DNA of 64,000 bases from Rhodospirillaceae bacterium (GTDB lineage Bacteria; Pseudomonadota; Alphaproteobacteria; Rhodospirillales; UBA2165): contig JABHAA010000156.1 of the NCBI GenBank assembly GCA_018674495.1, forward strand, positions 7,928-71,927. Reading direction: 5' to 3'. Shown one piece after another: positions 46,288 to 57,318 of this stretch. Both the position numbers and the translations under genes were made by a program. The notes under the pieces are model-generated. The model saw only the letters and a program-made list of their open reading frames with translations. It was not told the DNA's origin and did no database searches. Numbering within the stretch: the first letter of the stretch is position 1; each line of letters begins with the position of its first letter.

Positions 46288-47523
46288 CTAAAGAGGTTCG
46301 TCACCGTTTTCGGGCTCACCGCCGGCGTCGTCAGTGACGTCGTCTTCCAGGACCGGGGTATCGGAAACCAGTTGTGCCAACTCGTCGTCGGACATGGCAA
46401 GGCCTGCTTCCAAATCGAAATTTATATCTTCGTCGTCCTCGTCCCAGGCCGCACCTTTTTCCAATTCGGCAATGGCCGCGTCGGCGTCGTTTGGTAGCAA
46501 CTCAATCTCAGCCCCGCCATTCTCGCCCAACGTTTCGATTTCGGCCACAGCTGCGGCGGTCAGTTCGGCTTCGTCCTCGGCCAGCAATTCAGGCACCATA
46601 CCGGTTGCATCGATGGCGGAATGCGCGCCGGCGTGAGCGCCTTCGGTCAGCCGGTGCAGTACGTCGTCGAGCTGTTCCAGGGTCTGGTAGGTGATCGTCA
46701 GGCGACCGCCCGGATCAAAGAAATCGATATCTACTTTTAGGCCGAGAAAGGTCGACAGGTCATTTTGCAATGCCAGAGTATCGGCGTCTTTATCCTTGGT
46801 TAGTGCCGGTTTTGGCGCATCACCGGAAGCCTTCGCCACCAGCCGTTCGGTTTGCCGAACGTTGAGGCCGCGGCGCACCACCGCCTTGGCCGAAGCGATC
46901 GGATCGTCGGCACCGAGAAGCGCGCGGCCATGACCGGCGCTGATCATACCATCGTTCACCATGTCCTTAACGGCGTCTGGCAATTGCAGAAGCCGCATGG
47001 TGTTGGCCACGTGGCTTCGGCTTTTACCGAGCATCTGGCCGAGGGCGTCCTGGGTGTGCTGGTATTCGTCCATCAGGCGGCGATAGCCTTCCGCCTCTTC
47101 CAACGGCGACAAATTTTCCCGCTGTAGATTTTCGACCAGGGCGACTTCCAAAGATTCGGAATCGGTGAAGTCGCGAACGATGACCGGTACCACATCCAGC
47201 TGTGCCAACTGCGCCGCGCGCCAGCGCCGCTCGCCGGCGATGATCTCATAACCGCCAGCGCTTTCGGAATCGGGTCTTACAATTAATGGTTGAATAATTC
47301 CCAAGTTGCGAATTGATTCTGCGAGCTCTTCGATTTCCGATTCGGCGAAAATTTGGCGTGGCTGATTGCGCCCCGGATAGAGGTCGCTGATGGCAAGAAC
47401 GGATGGCGCGCCAGCGGCTTCGACCGGAGCCGCCGGGGAGGCCGTCTCGGCCGTGTCCTGGCCATTGTCGAACAAGGCGTCCAAACCACGCCCCAGGGTT
47501 TTGCCCTTGCCGTCTTCCGCCAT
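46288..47523 (-). CDS. parB: chromosome partitioning protein ParB with 119-aa acidic C-terminal extension
   Basis: GRGLDAL N-terminus, ParB box (IIAGERRWRA) and HTH. The canonical C-terminal dimerisation end ...LTITYQTLEQLDDVLHRL is followed by 119 further D/E-rich residues. Confidence 0.9.
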   Translation of the reverse strand: MAEDGKGKTLGRGLDALFDNGQDTAETASPAAPVEAAGAPSVLAISDLYPGRNQPRQIFAESEIEELAESIRNLGIIQPLIVRPDSESAGGYEIIAGERRWRAAQLAQLDVVPVIVRDFTDSESLEVALVENLQRENLSPLEEAEGYRRLMDEYQHTQDALGQMLGKSRSHVANTMRLLQLPDAVKDMVNDGMISAGHGRALLGADDPIASAKAVVRRGLNVRQTERLVAKASGDAPKPALTKDKDADTLALQNDLSTFLGLKVDIDFFDPGGRLTITYQTLEQLDDVLHRLTEGAHAGAHSAIDATGMVPELLAEDEAELTAAAVAEIETLGENGGAEIELLPNDADAAIAELEKGAAWDEDDEDINFDLEAGLAMSDDELAQLVSDTPVLEDDVTDDAGGEPENGDEPL

Positions 47524-48344
47524 CAGCCGGCGATCCGATGTTCACGCTTGAGAACTTCCGAAGCCAGGTGAATGTAGGCCTGAGCGCCGGCGCAATTGGT
47601 ATCGTAGAGCAACACCGGCTTGCCGTGAGATGGCGCCTCGGAGACGCGCACGTTTCGCGGAATCACGGTGTCATAAACAATGTCGCCGAAATAGGCGCGT
47701 ACATCGTTGGCGACAGCGCCGGACAAGTTGTTGCGCTGATCATACATGGTCAAAACAATCCCCTGGATCTCCAGGGTCGGATTGAAGGATTTTTTAATCC
47801 GCTCGATGGTGTTCACCAGGTGGCTGATTCCTTCTAGGGCGAAAAATTCGCATTGCAGGGGCACCAGGACCGCGGCGGCGGCAATCAGGGCATTCATGGT
47901 TAGCAACCCAAGTGCCGGCGGACAATCGATCAACACATAGTCATATTCTGTTGTATGTTCCGCCAATGCCAGCTTCAGCCGGTTATAACGTTCCTCCATA
48001 TCGATCAACTCAATCTCCGCACCGGACAGATCGACCCCAGACGGCACCACTGAAAGCCCCGGAATTGTGGTCTGGCGAATGGCGGTTGGCAGCGGCGCAT
48101 CGCCGATCAGTACATGGTAGGAATTGATCGTCCGGTCACTGCGATCCAGCCCGAAACCAGTGCTGGCATTGCCTTGCGGGTCTAAATCGACGACCAGAAC
48201 TTTCTTGTGCACAGCCGCCATTGCGGTGGCGAGATTGATCGCCGTGGTGGTTTTGCCGACACCGCCCTTCTGATTGGCGATGGCGATGATGCGCGGCAAG
48301 CGCTTATTGACAAGCTGGGAATGGATGAGTTCATGGGTTTGCAT
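47523..48344 (-). CDS. parA: chromosome partitioning ATPase ParA
   Basis: Deviant Walker A NQKGGVGKTTT, 273 aa. Confidence 0.92.
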   Translation of the reverse strand: MQTHELIHSQLVNKRLPRIIAIANQKGGVGKTTTAINLATAMAAVHKKVLVVDLDPQGNASTGFGLDRSDRTINSYHVLIGDAPLPTAIRQTTIPGLSVVPSGVDLSGAEIELIDMEERYNRLKLALAEHTTEYDYVLIDCPPALGLLTMNALIAAAAVLVPLQCEFFALEGISHLVNTIERIKKSFNPTLEIQGIVLTMYDQRNNLSGAVANDVRAYFGDIVYDTVIPRNVRVSEAPSHGKPVLLYDTNCAGAQAYIHLASEVLKREHRIAG

Positions 48345-48966
48345 GGATCGGCTCTAGCCCCTTTATTATCAATATTCGGCCCGAAGAATCACTCTCGGAC
48401 GGATGAATTTCCACATTTATATGCCACCGTTTGCGCGAGTCCGTCAATTCCTGTTTAAAATTTTGGCCCTTCAGGAGTATACAAACACCATCCGCCGCCA
48501 ATAGAGGGTGCGCCATGGCAAACAATTTATCCAATGGAGCCAAAGCCCTAGCAGTTATTACCCGGGCCGGCTCAGTAGATTTATAGTCTTCGACCCTGCC
48601 ATCAAATATTTCGGCACTGGTTTCGGTCAATCGGGCCGCCTGACGAAGAAAAACGCATTTTCTTGTATTCGATTCGATCAAAGTAAAATCAGAAACGCCC
48701 AATATTGCCAGAACCATTCCGGGAAATCCAGCGCCACTTCCGAGATCTAGCTTCGACCCATGGATGGGTTTAATCATTGGTATCAACTGCGCGCAATCCA
48801 AAATATGCCGATCCCAAATATGATTGATTTCCGACGAACCGATCAAATTCAATTTGGATTGCCATTGGCTCAGATGATCCACATAGGATTTTAGCCGGTC
48901 CAATGTTTCACGTGAAACATTGCCGAGCCTGGACAGGGTCTGAGGATCAATATCTGTTCCGGTCAT
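48331..48966 (-). CDS. rsmG: 16S rRNA (guanine527-N7)-methyltransferase RsmG (GidB)
   Basis: SAM motif DLGSGAGFPG. Position between mnmG and parA. Confidence 0.9.
   Translation of the reverse strand: MTGTDIDPQTLSRLGNVSRETLDRLKSYVDHLSQWQSKLNLIGSSEINHIWDRHILDCAQLIPMIKPIHGSKLDLGSGAGFPGMVLAILGVSDFTLIESNTRKCVFLRQAARLTETSAEIFDGRVEDYKSTEPARVITARALAPLDKLFAMAHPLLAADGVCILLKGQNFKQELTDSRKRWHINVEIHPSESDSSGRILIIKGLEPIHANP
48904..48919. other. parS centromere site (perfect TGTTTCACGTGAAACA), inside the rsmG 5' coding region
   Basis: Exact 16-bp palindrome read in the sequence. Confidence 0.9.
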
Positions 48967-48986
48967 GGCTCTTTATACAGGACCCA

Positions 48987-49002
48987 TGTTTCACGTGAAA
49001 CA
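48987..49002. other. parS centromere site (perfect TGTTTCACGTGAAACA), mnmG/rsmG intergenic
   Basis: Exact 16-bp palindrome, starting 83 bp after the first copy's start. Confidence 0.9.
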
Positions 49003-49024
49003 CTTTTCGAATTTTTTCGGGAAT

Positions 49025-50902
49025 TCAGGCCGCAGTATTGGCGTATTTGCGCACATGCCCCAACAGCGCCGTCAGCGCGGCGGGGGTCACGCCTGATATG
49101 CGTGCCGCTGCGCCGAGGGATGCGGGACGCGCCTGATTCAACTTGAAACGGATTTCGTTGGATAGGCCGCCCACGGTTTCATAGTCCAAAGAGGCCGGCA
49201 AAGCCAAGTTTTCGTCCCGGCGAAAGTCCCTGATATCCCGTTCCTGGCGCTTCATATAGCCGGAATACTTACCTTCAATTTCAATTTGTTCGGCGATCTC
49301 CGGGTCAATATCTGCCAACTCTGGCCACAGACTGGACAGGGATTCAAGAGTGATATCGGGCCGCGCCAACAGGTCTAGCACATCCCGGTAGACCCCATCC
49401 TGATTGATCACAAGACCTTGTTTTTGCAAGACATTGGGAGTTGCGGTGAGGGACTTGGCGAGGGTGCGGGCTTGCTCCAAAGCCGTTTGTTTTACCGCAA
49501 ATGCCGCACCTCGCGCCGTGCCCACACAACCCGCTTTCAGGCCCAAAGGCGTCAGGCGGAGATCCGCATTGTCGGCGCGCAGATGCAACCGGTATTCCGC
49601 CCGGGACGTAAACATACGATACGGCTCCCGGGTTCCGAGGGTGACAAGATCATCGATCATAACGCCAAGATAAGCATCGGCCCGGTCGAAGTAAAATGCC
49701 TCGGAGCCGCTGGCGGCGCGGGCCGCGTTCAAACCGGCGACCAAACCTTGCGCCCCGGCCTCTTCATAACCGGTGGTGCCATTGATCTGACCGGCCAGGT
49801 AAAGGCCGGGCGCTTTTCGAACTTCCAGGCTGTTATTCAGCTCGCGGGGGTCAACAAAATCATATTCGATAGCATAACCCGGCTGCATCATGCGCGCGTC
49901 TTCCAGACCGGGAATGGTTTTCAGAAGCGCAAGCTGAACATCTTTCGGCAGGCTGGTGGAAATACCGTTGGGATAGACCGTATGGTCGTTCAGCCCTTCC
50001 GGCTCCAGGAATATCTGGTGGCGGGAGCGATCAGCAAAGCGTACCACTTTGTCCTCGATGGACGGGCAATAACGGGGCCCGGTACTTTCGATCTGCCCGG
50101 AATACATGGGCGAACGCTCCAGGTTGGCGCGGATTAGATCATGGCTGGCGGGTGTGGTTTCGGTAATATGGCAATCAATCTGAGGGGTGGATATCTGGCG
50201 GGTCATAAAGGAAAAAGGTCGCGGTGGCACATCACCTTTCTGCACTTGAAGATCGGCCCAATGGATTGTGCGTCCGTCCAGACGCGGCGGTGTCCCAGTT
50301 TTAAGCCGGCCCATGGCCAACCCCAGTCCCTGCAAAGTCTCCGCCAAACCGATGGCAGGTTTCTCCGACACCCGTCCGGCGGCAATCTGTTCCGCCCCAA
50401 TATGAATCATTCCGCGCAGGAAGGTGCCTGTGGTCACCACCACTTGGCCGGTAGCGATAAGCGTTCCATCGGCTAACACTGCGGCGGTAACATGGCCGGC
50501 AGCGTCCAGCTTCAAATCCTCTACGGCGCCGGCCATAATATCCAGGTTCGCCTGGGTGGCCAACAATTCCTGCATGTGTGTCCGATACAAATGCCGGTCA
50601 GCCTGGGCGCGGGGGCCACGAACTGCCGGGCCCTTACTTTTGTTCAACATGCGAAACTGGATACCGGCCTGATCGATCACTCGCCCCATAAGACCATCGA
50701 GGGCATCGATCTCGCGCACCAGCTGCCCCTTGGCCAGGCCGCCAATGGCCGGGTTGCAAGACATCTCACCGATGGTGTCCAAATTATGGGTTACAAGCAG
50801 GGTGCGAGCGCCAAAGCGGGCCGATGCGGCGGCCGCCTCGCAACCCGCATGGCCACCACCGACCACCACCACATCATATCTGCCATTAGGCTGGAAATTC
50901 AT
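49025..50902 (-). CDS. mnmG: tRNA uridine 5-carboxymethylaminomethyl modification enzyme MnmG (GidA)
   Basis: FAD motif [14 protein letters not shown] near the N-terminus. Start taken at ATG 50902; the ORF track extends to a TTG at 50938. Confidence 0.95.
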   Translation of the reverse strand: MNFQPNGRYDVVVVGGGHAGCEAAAASARFGARTLLVTHNLDTIGEMSCNPAIGGLAKGQLVREIDALDGLMGRVIDQAGIQFRMLNKSKGPAVRGPRAQADRHLYRTHMQELLATQANLDIMAGAVEDLKLDAAGHVTAAVLADGTLIATGQVVVTTGTFLRGMIHIGAEQIAAGRVSEKPAIGLAETLQGLGLAMGRLKTGTPPRLDGRTIHWADLQVQKGDVPPRPFSFMTRQISTPQIDCHITETTPASHDLIRANLERSPMYSGQIESTGPRYCPSIEDKVVRFADRSRHQIFLEPEGLNDHTVYPNGISTSLPKDVQLALLKTIPGLEDARMMQPGYAIEYDFVDPRELNNSLEVRKAPGLYLAGQINGTTGYEEAGAQGLVAGLNAARAASGSEAFYFDRADAYLGVMIDDLVTLGTREPYRMFTSRAEYRLHLRADNADLRLTPLGLKAGCVGTARGAAFAVKQTALEQARTLAKSLTATPNVLQKQGLVINQDGVYRDVLDLLARPDITLESLSSLWPELADIDPEIAEQIEIEGKYSGYMKRQERDIRDFRRDENLALPASLDYETVGGLSNEIRFKLNQARPASLGAAARISGVTPAALTALLGHVRKYANTAA

Positions 50903-50986
50903 GGGGCGGAATGTAAGCGGGCTGGCGTTGGAGGTCAATTCCCAAGGGGGAAGGTAATTTAAATCGTTATCGCAATGTTATCAATA

Positions 50987-51017
50987 TATTGTGTATTTTT
51001 TATTAAGTTACACAATA
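50987..51017. promoter_or_regulatory. 9-bp perfect inverted repeat TATTGTGTA-N13-TACACAATA
   Basis: Read directly. AT-rich 13-nt spacer. Located between the mnmE stop and the mnmG start. Confidence 0.4.
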
Positions 51018-51027
51018 CCTTGATGTT

Positions 51028-52365
51028 TCACTTTCCAATGCAAAATTCCGAGAAGATGCGGTCCAGAATATCCTCCACATCGACGCGGCCGGTAATGCGG
51101 CCCATGGCGCGCGCCGCCAGACGCAAATCCTCAGCTGCCAGCTCGACCATGGCAGCGCCTTGAAACCGCTGTAAGGCGTCCCGGCATTCCTGCAAGGCCA
51201 GGCGATGACGCATGCGGCTTAGCGCCGGGCTGCCATCGCCGGCGCATTGATCGGAAACCTTGTCCGCGAGTATCGTCAGCAATGCGTCGATGCCGGCGCC
51301 GGTTTTCGCCGAAAGGCCGAGGAGCATTGGCTTGCCGGGCAGTGCCGTATCCAGGCTCAAGTCGGGGCCGAGATCGTCTTTATTGACCACCACCACAGCG
51401 TCTTCGTCCCATTGTTCCAATGTATGGCGGTCCAACACCGGCCAAAAGGCGCCGTCAAACACAAGAATTTTGATATGGGCGCCGTCGGCCCGGGCCAGGG
51501 CGCGGCGCACGCCTTCGTCCTCCAATTCATCTTCGGCATCGCGAAGCCCGGCGGTGTCGGCGAGGACAACCGGATAGCCGGCCAGATCCAAATGCGTTTC
51601 GATAACATCTCGGGTGGTGCCGGCGCGCGCCGAAACAATGGCCAGATCGCGATTGGCCAATTGGTTCAAGAGGCTCGACTTACCCGCATTGGGCGGCCCG
51701 AGGATGGCGATGGAAACACCGTCACGCAGCCGCTGGCCCCGATGATCGTCCAGATGCCGGGCCAGCTCGGCGTCCAGGCTGGCAACCGCTTCGGAAACCT
51801 CGGCGCGCAGACCGCCAGGCAAATCCTCATCAGAAAAGTCGATCTCGGCCTCAAACTTTGCGATGACCGCTAGCAGCGCATCCCGCCAACGGTCATAGAC
51901 CAGGCTTAAGCCCCCGTCCATCTGGCGCAGAGCCTGGGTGCGTTGGGCAGCCGTTTCGGCCTCGACCAAATCGGCCAGACCCTCGGCCTCGGTCAGATCC
52001 ATCTTGCCGTTTTCGAAAGCACGACGGGTAAATTCGCCGGGCTCGGCGGGGCGCATTTCCGGTTGGGCGGCGAGGGCATCCAGCATGACCCCATGGACTG
52101 CACGGCCGCCATGGAGATGAAACTCGGCCACGTCTTCGCCGGTAAAACTGTTCGGCGCCGGAAACCACAAAGCTAAGCCATGGTCGATAAGCCCGGTATC
52201 ACCGCCTCCGGTTATGCGGACACGCTGGGCGCGCCGCGCCGCTGGCAAATCTGTGCCGGTCAACGCCCGATAGGCGTCCTTGGCATTGCTGCCAGACACC
52301 CTGTAAACGGCTACGCCGGCCTTGCCGCCACCACTAGCCAGAGCAAATATGGTTTGGCTGTTCAT
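51028..52365 (-). CDS. mnmE: tRNA modification GTPase MnmE (TrmE)
   Basis: G domain GPPNAGKSSL / DTAG / NKDD and a C-terminal CIGK tetrapeptide. Confidence 0.95.
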   Translation of the reverse strand: MNSQTIFALASGGGKAGVAVYRVSGSNAKDAYRALTGTDLPAARRAQRVRITGGGDTGLIDHGLALWFPAPNSFTGEDVAEFHLHGGRAVHGVMLDALAAQPEMRPAEPGEFTRRAFENGKMDLTEAEGLADLVEAETAAQRTQALRQMDGGLSLVYDRWRDALLAVIAKFEAEIDFSDEDLPGGLRAEVSEAVASLDAELARHLDDHRGQRLRDGVSIAILGPPNAGKSSLLNQLANRDLAIVSARAGTTRDVIETHLDLAGYPVVLADTAGLRDAEDELEDEGVRRALARADGAHIKILVFDGAFWPVLDRHTLEQWDEDAVVVVNKDDLGPDLSLDTALPGKPMLLGLSAKTGAGIDALLTILADKVSDQCAGDGSPALSRMRHRLALQECRDALQRFQGAAMVELAAEDLRLAARAMGRITGRVDVEDILDRIFSEFCIGK

Positions 52366-52548
52366 AGTCTACTTTCTATTTCATATTCATTTTCAATTAC
52401 TTATGCTCAAATACGCTATCGATCAACGTGATTTGTTTCTTTATTTATTCTAATTCGCAATAAGCAACTTTCTATTTTGTGGCCACGGTCTATAACTGGC
52501 GGACGGGCGCCAACCATCGGAACGCCCACTCTCAGTGGAGGCGCGGCG

Positions 52549-54564
52549 GTGCCGGAAAACCTACTTGGGCGCGAGACCAGCCCCTACCTGCTACAACATA
52601 AAGACAATCCAGTTCATTGGCATCCCTGGGGTGAAGACGCATTCCGGCGCGCCGCCGAAGAAGACAGGCCGGTGCTGCTTTCCATTGGCTACGCGGCCTG
52701 CCACTGGTGCCATGTGATGGCCCATGAAAGCTTCGAATCCGAAGACATCGCAGCGCTGATGAATGCCAAGTTCGTAAACATCAAGCTCGACCGGGAAGAG
52801 CGCCCGGAAATTGATACGATCTACATGTCGGCGCTCGCCATGATGGGCCAACAAGGCGGCTGGCCGTTAACTATGTTCCTAACCCCAGACAAATTGCCGT
52901 TTTATGGCGGCACCTATTTTCCGCCCGAACCGCGTTTCGGCCATCCGGGATTTCCCGATGTCCTCAACGGGGTTGCCGATCTTTATGCCACGCAGAAAGA
53001 CAAAGTCCGGCAAAACATCGCCGCCATCAAAGACGGCCTGGAACGTCAATCGGAGGCGCCGCCCAAACTTCATGCTGGCATTTACGGGCCCGGTCAAATC
53101 GATGCCGCCGCCGAGCAAGCTCTTAGTCTGATCGACAATGTCAACGGTGGCACCCGGGGAGCACCCAAGTTCCCCCAGCCCGTGTTCCTCGGCCTCCTGT
53201 GGCGCGCTTATAAGCGGGGCGGCGATGACCGTTTCCGCATCGCCGTTACCAACAGCCTGATCCATATGTCCCAGGGCGGCATCTATGATCATCTGGGCGG
53301 TGGCTATGCCCGCTATTCCACCGACGAGATTTGGCTGGCGCCGCATTTTGAAAAAATGCTCTACGACAACGCTCAACTGATCGAGCTGTTGGCCCAGGTG
53401 CATGGCGACAGGGCCTCGCCGCTGTTCGAACAAAGGCTGCGCGAAACCATTGATTGGAGCCTGGCCGAATTGCGCCAGGAGGACGGCCCTTTCGCCGGCA
53501 CCCTGGATGCCGATTCCGAGGGCGCAGAGGGCACGTTTTATGTCTGGACCGAAGCCGAGATCGATGCCGCCCTCGGCGCTGACGCCGACACCTTCAAAGA
53601 TATCTACGACGTTACGACCGGCGGCAATTGGGAAGGCAAGACCATCCTCAACCGGCTAGGCCAATTGGACCTGGGAGATGCGGATGCTGAGGCGGCGCTG
53701 GCAATTTCCAGGGACCGGTTGCTTGCGCTACGGGCGGGGCGGGAAAGACCCGGTCTCGACGACAAAATCCTCACCGACTGGAATGGGCTAATGATCGCCG
53801 CCTTAGGCTACGCTGGCGCCATGTTCGGTGAAGCCGCCTGGATAAATGCCGCCAAAGAAGCCTTCGCCTTTATCGCCGGGCTGGAAACCACGGCCGGGCG
53901 CCTGCGTCATTCCAGCCGCCTCGGTGTACATCTGGAAAGCGACGTGATCGATGATTACGCGCAAATGATCCGCGCCGCCCTGGCCCTTTACCAGGCCACC
54001 TTTGAGCATGAATATTTGGAGGCGGCGCTGCGCTGGACTGCGACCGCCAATGATCATTTCTGGGATGCCGGCGACGGCGGCTATTATTTTTCTCCGGGTG
54101 ACGCCGCCGATGTGATCGTCCGCACACGAACCGCCTTTGATAACGCGACGCCCGCCGGCAACGGCACCATGGTGGAAAATTTGGCCCGGCTGTATTTCCT
54201 TACCGGCGCGGATGATCACCGCCAGCGCGCCGAGGCGATCATCGATCTGTTCGGACGCCAGCCGCCGGAACAATATCTGGGCATGCCCGGTATCCTCAAC
54301 GGTTATGATTTCCTGAACGCTGCCGTGCAGGTGGTGGTTGCCGGCGCTGGCGGTGAGGCGTTGTGTGCTGCGGCGCGCGCATCGGGTCATTCCAATCTTG
54401 TTTTGATGCAAATTGACGATGGAGCCGCGCTGCCAGCCGGCCACCCGGCCACCGGCAAGACCAGCAATGAGGGCCGCGCCGCCGCCTATGTCTGCGTCGG
54501 TACCGTCTGCGGTTTGCCGACTACCGAGGCAGAAGACTTGAAGAAGGCGCTTCGAGAGATTTAA
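52549..54564 (+). CDS. thioredoxin-domain protein (YyaL/DUF255 family, thioredoxin-like N-terminus + alpha/alpha-barrel)
   Basis: GTG 52549 lies 7 nt after GGAGG. N-terminal [18 protein letters not shown] and [10 protein letters not shown] are typical of this family. Confidence 0.85.
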   Translation: MPENLLGRETSPYLLQHKDNPVHWHPWGEDAFRRAAEEDRPVLLSIGYAACHWCHVMAHESFESEDIAALMNAKFVNIKLDREERPEIDTIYMSALAMMGQQGGWPLTMFLTPDKLPFYGGTYFPPEPRFGHPGFPDVLNGVADLYATQKDKVRQNIAAIKDGLERQSEAPPKLHAGIYGPGQIDAAAEQALSLIDNVNGGTRGAPKFPQPVFLGLLWRAYKRGGDDRFRIAVTNSLIHMSQGGIYDHLGGGYARYSTDEIWLAPHFEKMLYDNAQLIELLAQVHGDRASPLFEQRLRETIDWSLAELRQEDGPFAGTLDADSEGAEGTFYVWTEAEIDAALGADADTFKDIYDVTTGGNWEGKTILNRLGQLDLGDADAEAALAISRDRLLALRAGRERPGLDDKILTDWNGLMIAALGYAGAMFGEAAWINAAKEAFAFIAGLETTAGRLRHSSRLGVHLESDVIDDYAQMIRAALALYQATFEHEYLEAALRWTATANDHFWDAGDGGYYFSPGDAADVIVRTRTAFDNATPAGNGTMVENLARLYFLTGADDHRQRAEAIIDLFGRQPPEQYLGMPGILNGYDFLNAAVQVVVAGAGGEALCAAARASGHSNLVLMQIDDGAALPAGHPATGKTSNEGRAAAYVCVGTVCGLPTTEAEDLKKALREI

Positions 54565-54573
54565 AATCACGGC

Positions 54574-55026
54574 ATGGCGCATCTTTCCATGCATAGCCCG
54601 CTGGGCCAGTTGACCATATTCGAAGACCAAGGCAGCATTGTTGCCCTGGATTTCGGGCGTGCGGTCGGCCCATCGGAAACACCATTGTTGTTGCAGGCGC
54701 GAGACCAGCTCGATGCTTATTTCGGCCGGGAACGACAGGACTTCGATCTGCCGCTGGCACCCCAGGGATCCGAATTCCAGCGCGCCGTCTGGGATCAGAT
54801 GTGCACCATTCCCTATGGCGCAGCCGCCACTTATGGCGACATTGCCGGTGCCTTGAACAGCGCGGCCCGCGCCGTCGGCGGCGCTTGCGGGGCCAATCCA
54901 ATTCCGGTCATCATTCCGTGCCACCGGGTGATTGGCGCATCGGGGCGCATGACCGGCTATTCCGGCGGCGAGGGCATCGAAACCAAGCTGGCCTTGCTCA
55001 GGCTGGAAGGTTATAGGTTGCTGTAA
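54574..55026 (+). CDS. ogt: methylated-DNA--protein-cysteine methyltransferase
   Basis: Active-site IPCHRV, 150 aa. Confidence 0.9.
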   Translation: MAHLSMHSPLGQLTIFEDQGSIVALDFGRAVGPSETPLLLQARDQLDAYFGRERQDFDLPLAPQGSEFQRAVWDQMCTIPYGAAATYGDIAGALNSAARAVGGACGANPIPVIIPCHRVIGASGRMTGYSGGEGIETKLALLRLEGYRLL

Positions 55027-55060
55027 ATCAGGCCACACCCAAAATTCAGCGAGGACTATC

Positions 55061-56035
55061 ATGACCAAGGCAATACGCATCCACGAGCATGGCGGACCCG
55101 AGGTTCTCCAATGGGAAGATATGGATATCGGCGCCCCCGGCGATGGCGAAGTGCGCATTCGCCATACCGCAGTGGGCTTGAATTTCATCGATTGCTATCA
55201 GCGTTCCGGCCTATACCCCATGGACCTGCCCCTCACCCTTGGCACCGAGGCGGCGGGCGTTATCGAAGCGGTAGGGCTTGGCGTCGAAGGATTTGCGGTG
55301 GGCCAGCGGGTTGCCTACGCGGGCGGCCAGATGGGCTCCTACGCCGAAGAGCGGATCATGAATGCTGGCGTTCTGGTGCCAATGCCGGACGGCATCGAAG
55401 ACCAGACCGCAGCGGCGATGATGCTCAAGGGAATGACCGCCCATATGCTTTTGGTCAAATGCTATCCGGTCAGCGCCGGCGACACGATTTTGGTCCACGC
55501 CGCCGCCGGCGGCGTTGGCACAATCTTGTGCCAATGGGCCAAGCATCTGGGCGCCACGGTGATCGGCACCGTTGGCTCCGACGCCAAGGCGGAGATTGCC
55601 AAGGCTCATGGCTGTGATCATGCGATCAACTATTCGACCGAGAATTTCGTCGAACGTGTGCGCGAAATCACCGGCGACGCCGGCGTACCGGTGGTGTACG
55701 ATTCGGTCGGCAAAGACACCTTCGAAGGGTCTCTCGATTGCACATCGAAATTCGGCTATGTGATCAGCTTCGGCAATGCGTCGGGCCCGGCGCCGGCGGT
55801 GGAACCGTTAACCCTGATGGCCAAAGGCTCGTTGTTTCTGGGCCGGCCCACATTAATTCATTACACTGCCGATCATGCCTTGCGCCTGGAAGCGGCGCGC
55901 GCCTTATTCGAAGCGGTGGAAGGCGGCGCCGTCAAGATCGAGGTCGGACAAACCTTCCCGCTGGCCGAAACTGCCAAGGCGCACGCGGCCCTGGAAGGGC
56001 GCGCAACGACCGGATCGACGGTGTTGTTGCCTTAA
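55061..56035 (+). CDS. qor: NADPH:quinone oxidoreductase (zeta-crystallin-like MDR)
   Basis: 324 aa MDR fold with AAAGGVG nucleotide motif. Confidence 0.85.
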   Translation: MTKAIRIHEHGGPEVLQWEDMDIGAPGDGEVRIRHTAVGLNFIDCYQRSGLYPMDLPLTLGTEAAGVIEAVGLGVEGFAVGQRVAYAGGQMGSYAEERIMNAGVLVPMPDGIEDQTAAAMMLKGMTAHMLLVKCYPVSAGDTILVHAAAGGVGTILCQWAKHLGATVIGTVGSDAKAEIAKAHGCDHAINYSTENFVERVREITGDAGVPVVYDSVGKDTFEGSLDCTSKFGYVISFGNASGPAPAVEPLTLMAKGSLFLGRPTLIHYTADHALRLEAARALFEAVEGGAVKIEVGQTFPLAETAKAHAALEGRATTGSTVLLP

Positions 56036-56061
56036 GGAAATGGGTTGGCCCGGCTGGGCCG

Positions 56062-57318
56062 TTAGGTATTCATAGAATCAAAGAAGTCGCTGTTGTTCTT
56101 TGAATCCTTCAGCTTCTCCAGCAGGAACTCCATGGAATCGACGACGCCCATGGGGTTCAGGATGCGGCGCAGAACCCACATCTTTGACAACATGCCCTTG
56201 TCCACCAGCAGCTCTTCTTTGCGGGTGCCGGAACGGGTGATGTCCATGGACGGCCAGGTGCGTTTATCGGTCAGCTTGCGATCCAGAATAATTTCCGAAT
56301 TGCCGGTGCCCTTGAATTCTTCGAAAATCACTTCGTCCATGCGTGAGCCGGTATCCACCAGCGCTGTTGCGATGATGGTCAGCGAACCGCCTTCTTCGAT
56401 ATTGCGGGCAGCGCCGAAAAATCGTTTCGGTCGCTGCAGGGCATTGGCGTCAACGCCGCCGGTCAGCACCTTGCCCGACGACGGCACCACCGTGTTATAG
56501 GCGCGCGCCAAACGGGTGATCGAATCCAGCAAGATGATCACGTCGCGTTTGTGTTCGACCAGCCGCTTGGCTTTTTCGATCACCATTTCGGCCACCTGTA
56601 CGTGGCGGACAGCGGGCTCATCGAAGGTGGAGGAAACCACCTCGCCCTTCACCGAGCGTGCCATGTCGGTCACTTCTTCCGGGCGCTCATCGATGAGCAA
56701 TACAATCAGATAACATTCTGGATGGTTGTGGGAGATCGCCTGCGCCATGTTTTGCAGCATCACCGTCTTGCCGGTGCGCGGCGGCGCCACGATCAGGGCG
56801 CGTTGACCCTTGCCCACCGGTGAGATCAGATCGATAACGCGCAAGGTGGGATCCTTGAACTCGGGATCGTCGATTTCCATATTGATGCGCTGATCGGGAT
56901 AGAGCGGCGTCAGGTTGTCGAAATTAACGCGGTGGCGAATATCCTGAGGATCCGAGAAGTTAATATCCTTGACCTTCAACAGAGCAAAATAGCGTTCGCC
57001 GTCCTTGGGAGAGCGGATCTGGCCCTCGACCGTATCGCCGGTTCTAAGTCCAAAGCGGCGCACCTGGCTGGGCGAGACATAGATATCGTCCGGGCCGGGC
57101 AGATAATTGGCCTCCGGCGAGCGCAGAAAGCCGAAGCCGTCCTGCAGCACTTCCAAAACGCCATCGCCGAATATGGCGATATCGTTTTCGGCCAATTGCT
57201 TGAGGATCGCGAACAGCATGTCTTGTTTGCGCAAGCTGCTGGCATTCTCGACTTCGAGTTCCTCGGCGAAGCCCAAAAGCTCGAGAGGATTTTTCTTTTT
57301 AAGTTCTTGAAGGTTCAT
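56062..57318 (-). CDS. rho: transcription termination factor Rho
   Basis: 418 aa with N-terminal RNA-binding domain and Walker A APPRTGKT. Confidence 0.97.
   Translation of the reverse strand: MNLQELKKKNPLELLGFAEELEVENASSLRKQDMLFAILKQLAENDIAIFGDGVLEVLQDGFGFLRSPEANYLPGPDDIYVSPSQVRRFGLRTGDTVEGQIRSPKDGERYFALLKVKDINFSDPQDIRHRVNFDNLTPLYPDQRINMEIDDPEFKDPTLRVIDLISPVGKGQRALIVAPPRTGKTVMLQNMAQAISHNHPECYLIVLLIDERPEEVTDMARSVKGEVVSSTFDEPAVRHVQVAEMVIEKAKRLVEHKRDVIILLDSITRLARAYNTVVPSSGKVLTGGVDANALQRPKRFFGAARNIEEGGSLTIIATALVDTGSRMDEVIFEEFKGTGNSEIILDRKLTDKRTWPSMDITRSGTRKEELLVDKGMLSKMWVLRRILNPMGVVDSMEFLLEKLKDSKNNSDFFDSMNT

Noticed and set aside
51024-51031. Half parS (TGTTTCAC) between mnmE and mnmG.
   Set aside because: Only one arm of the palindrome is present, so it is unlikely to bind a ParB dimer specifically.
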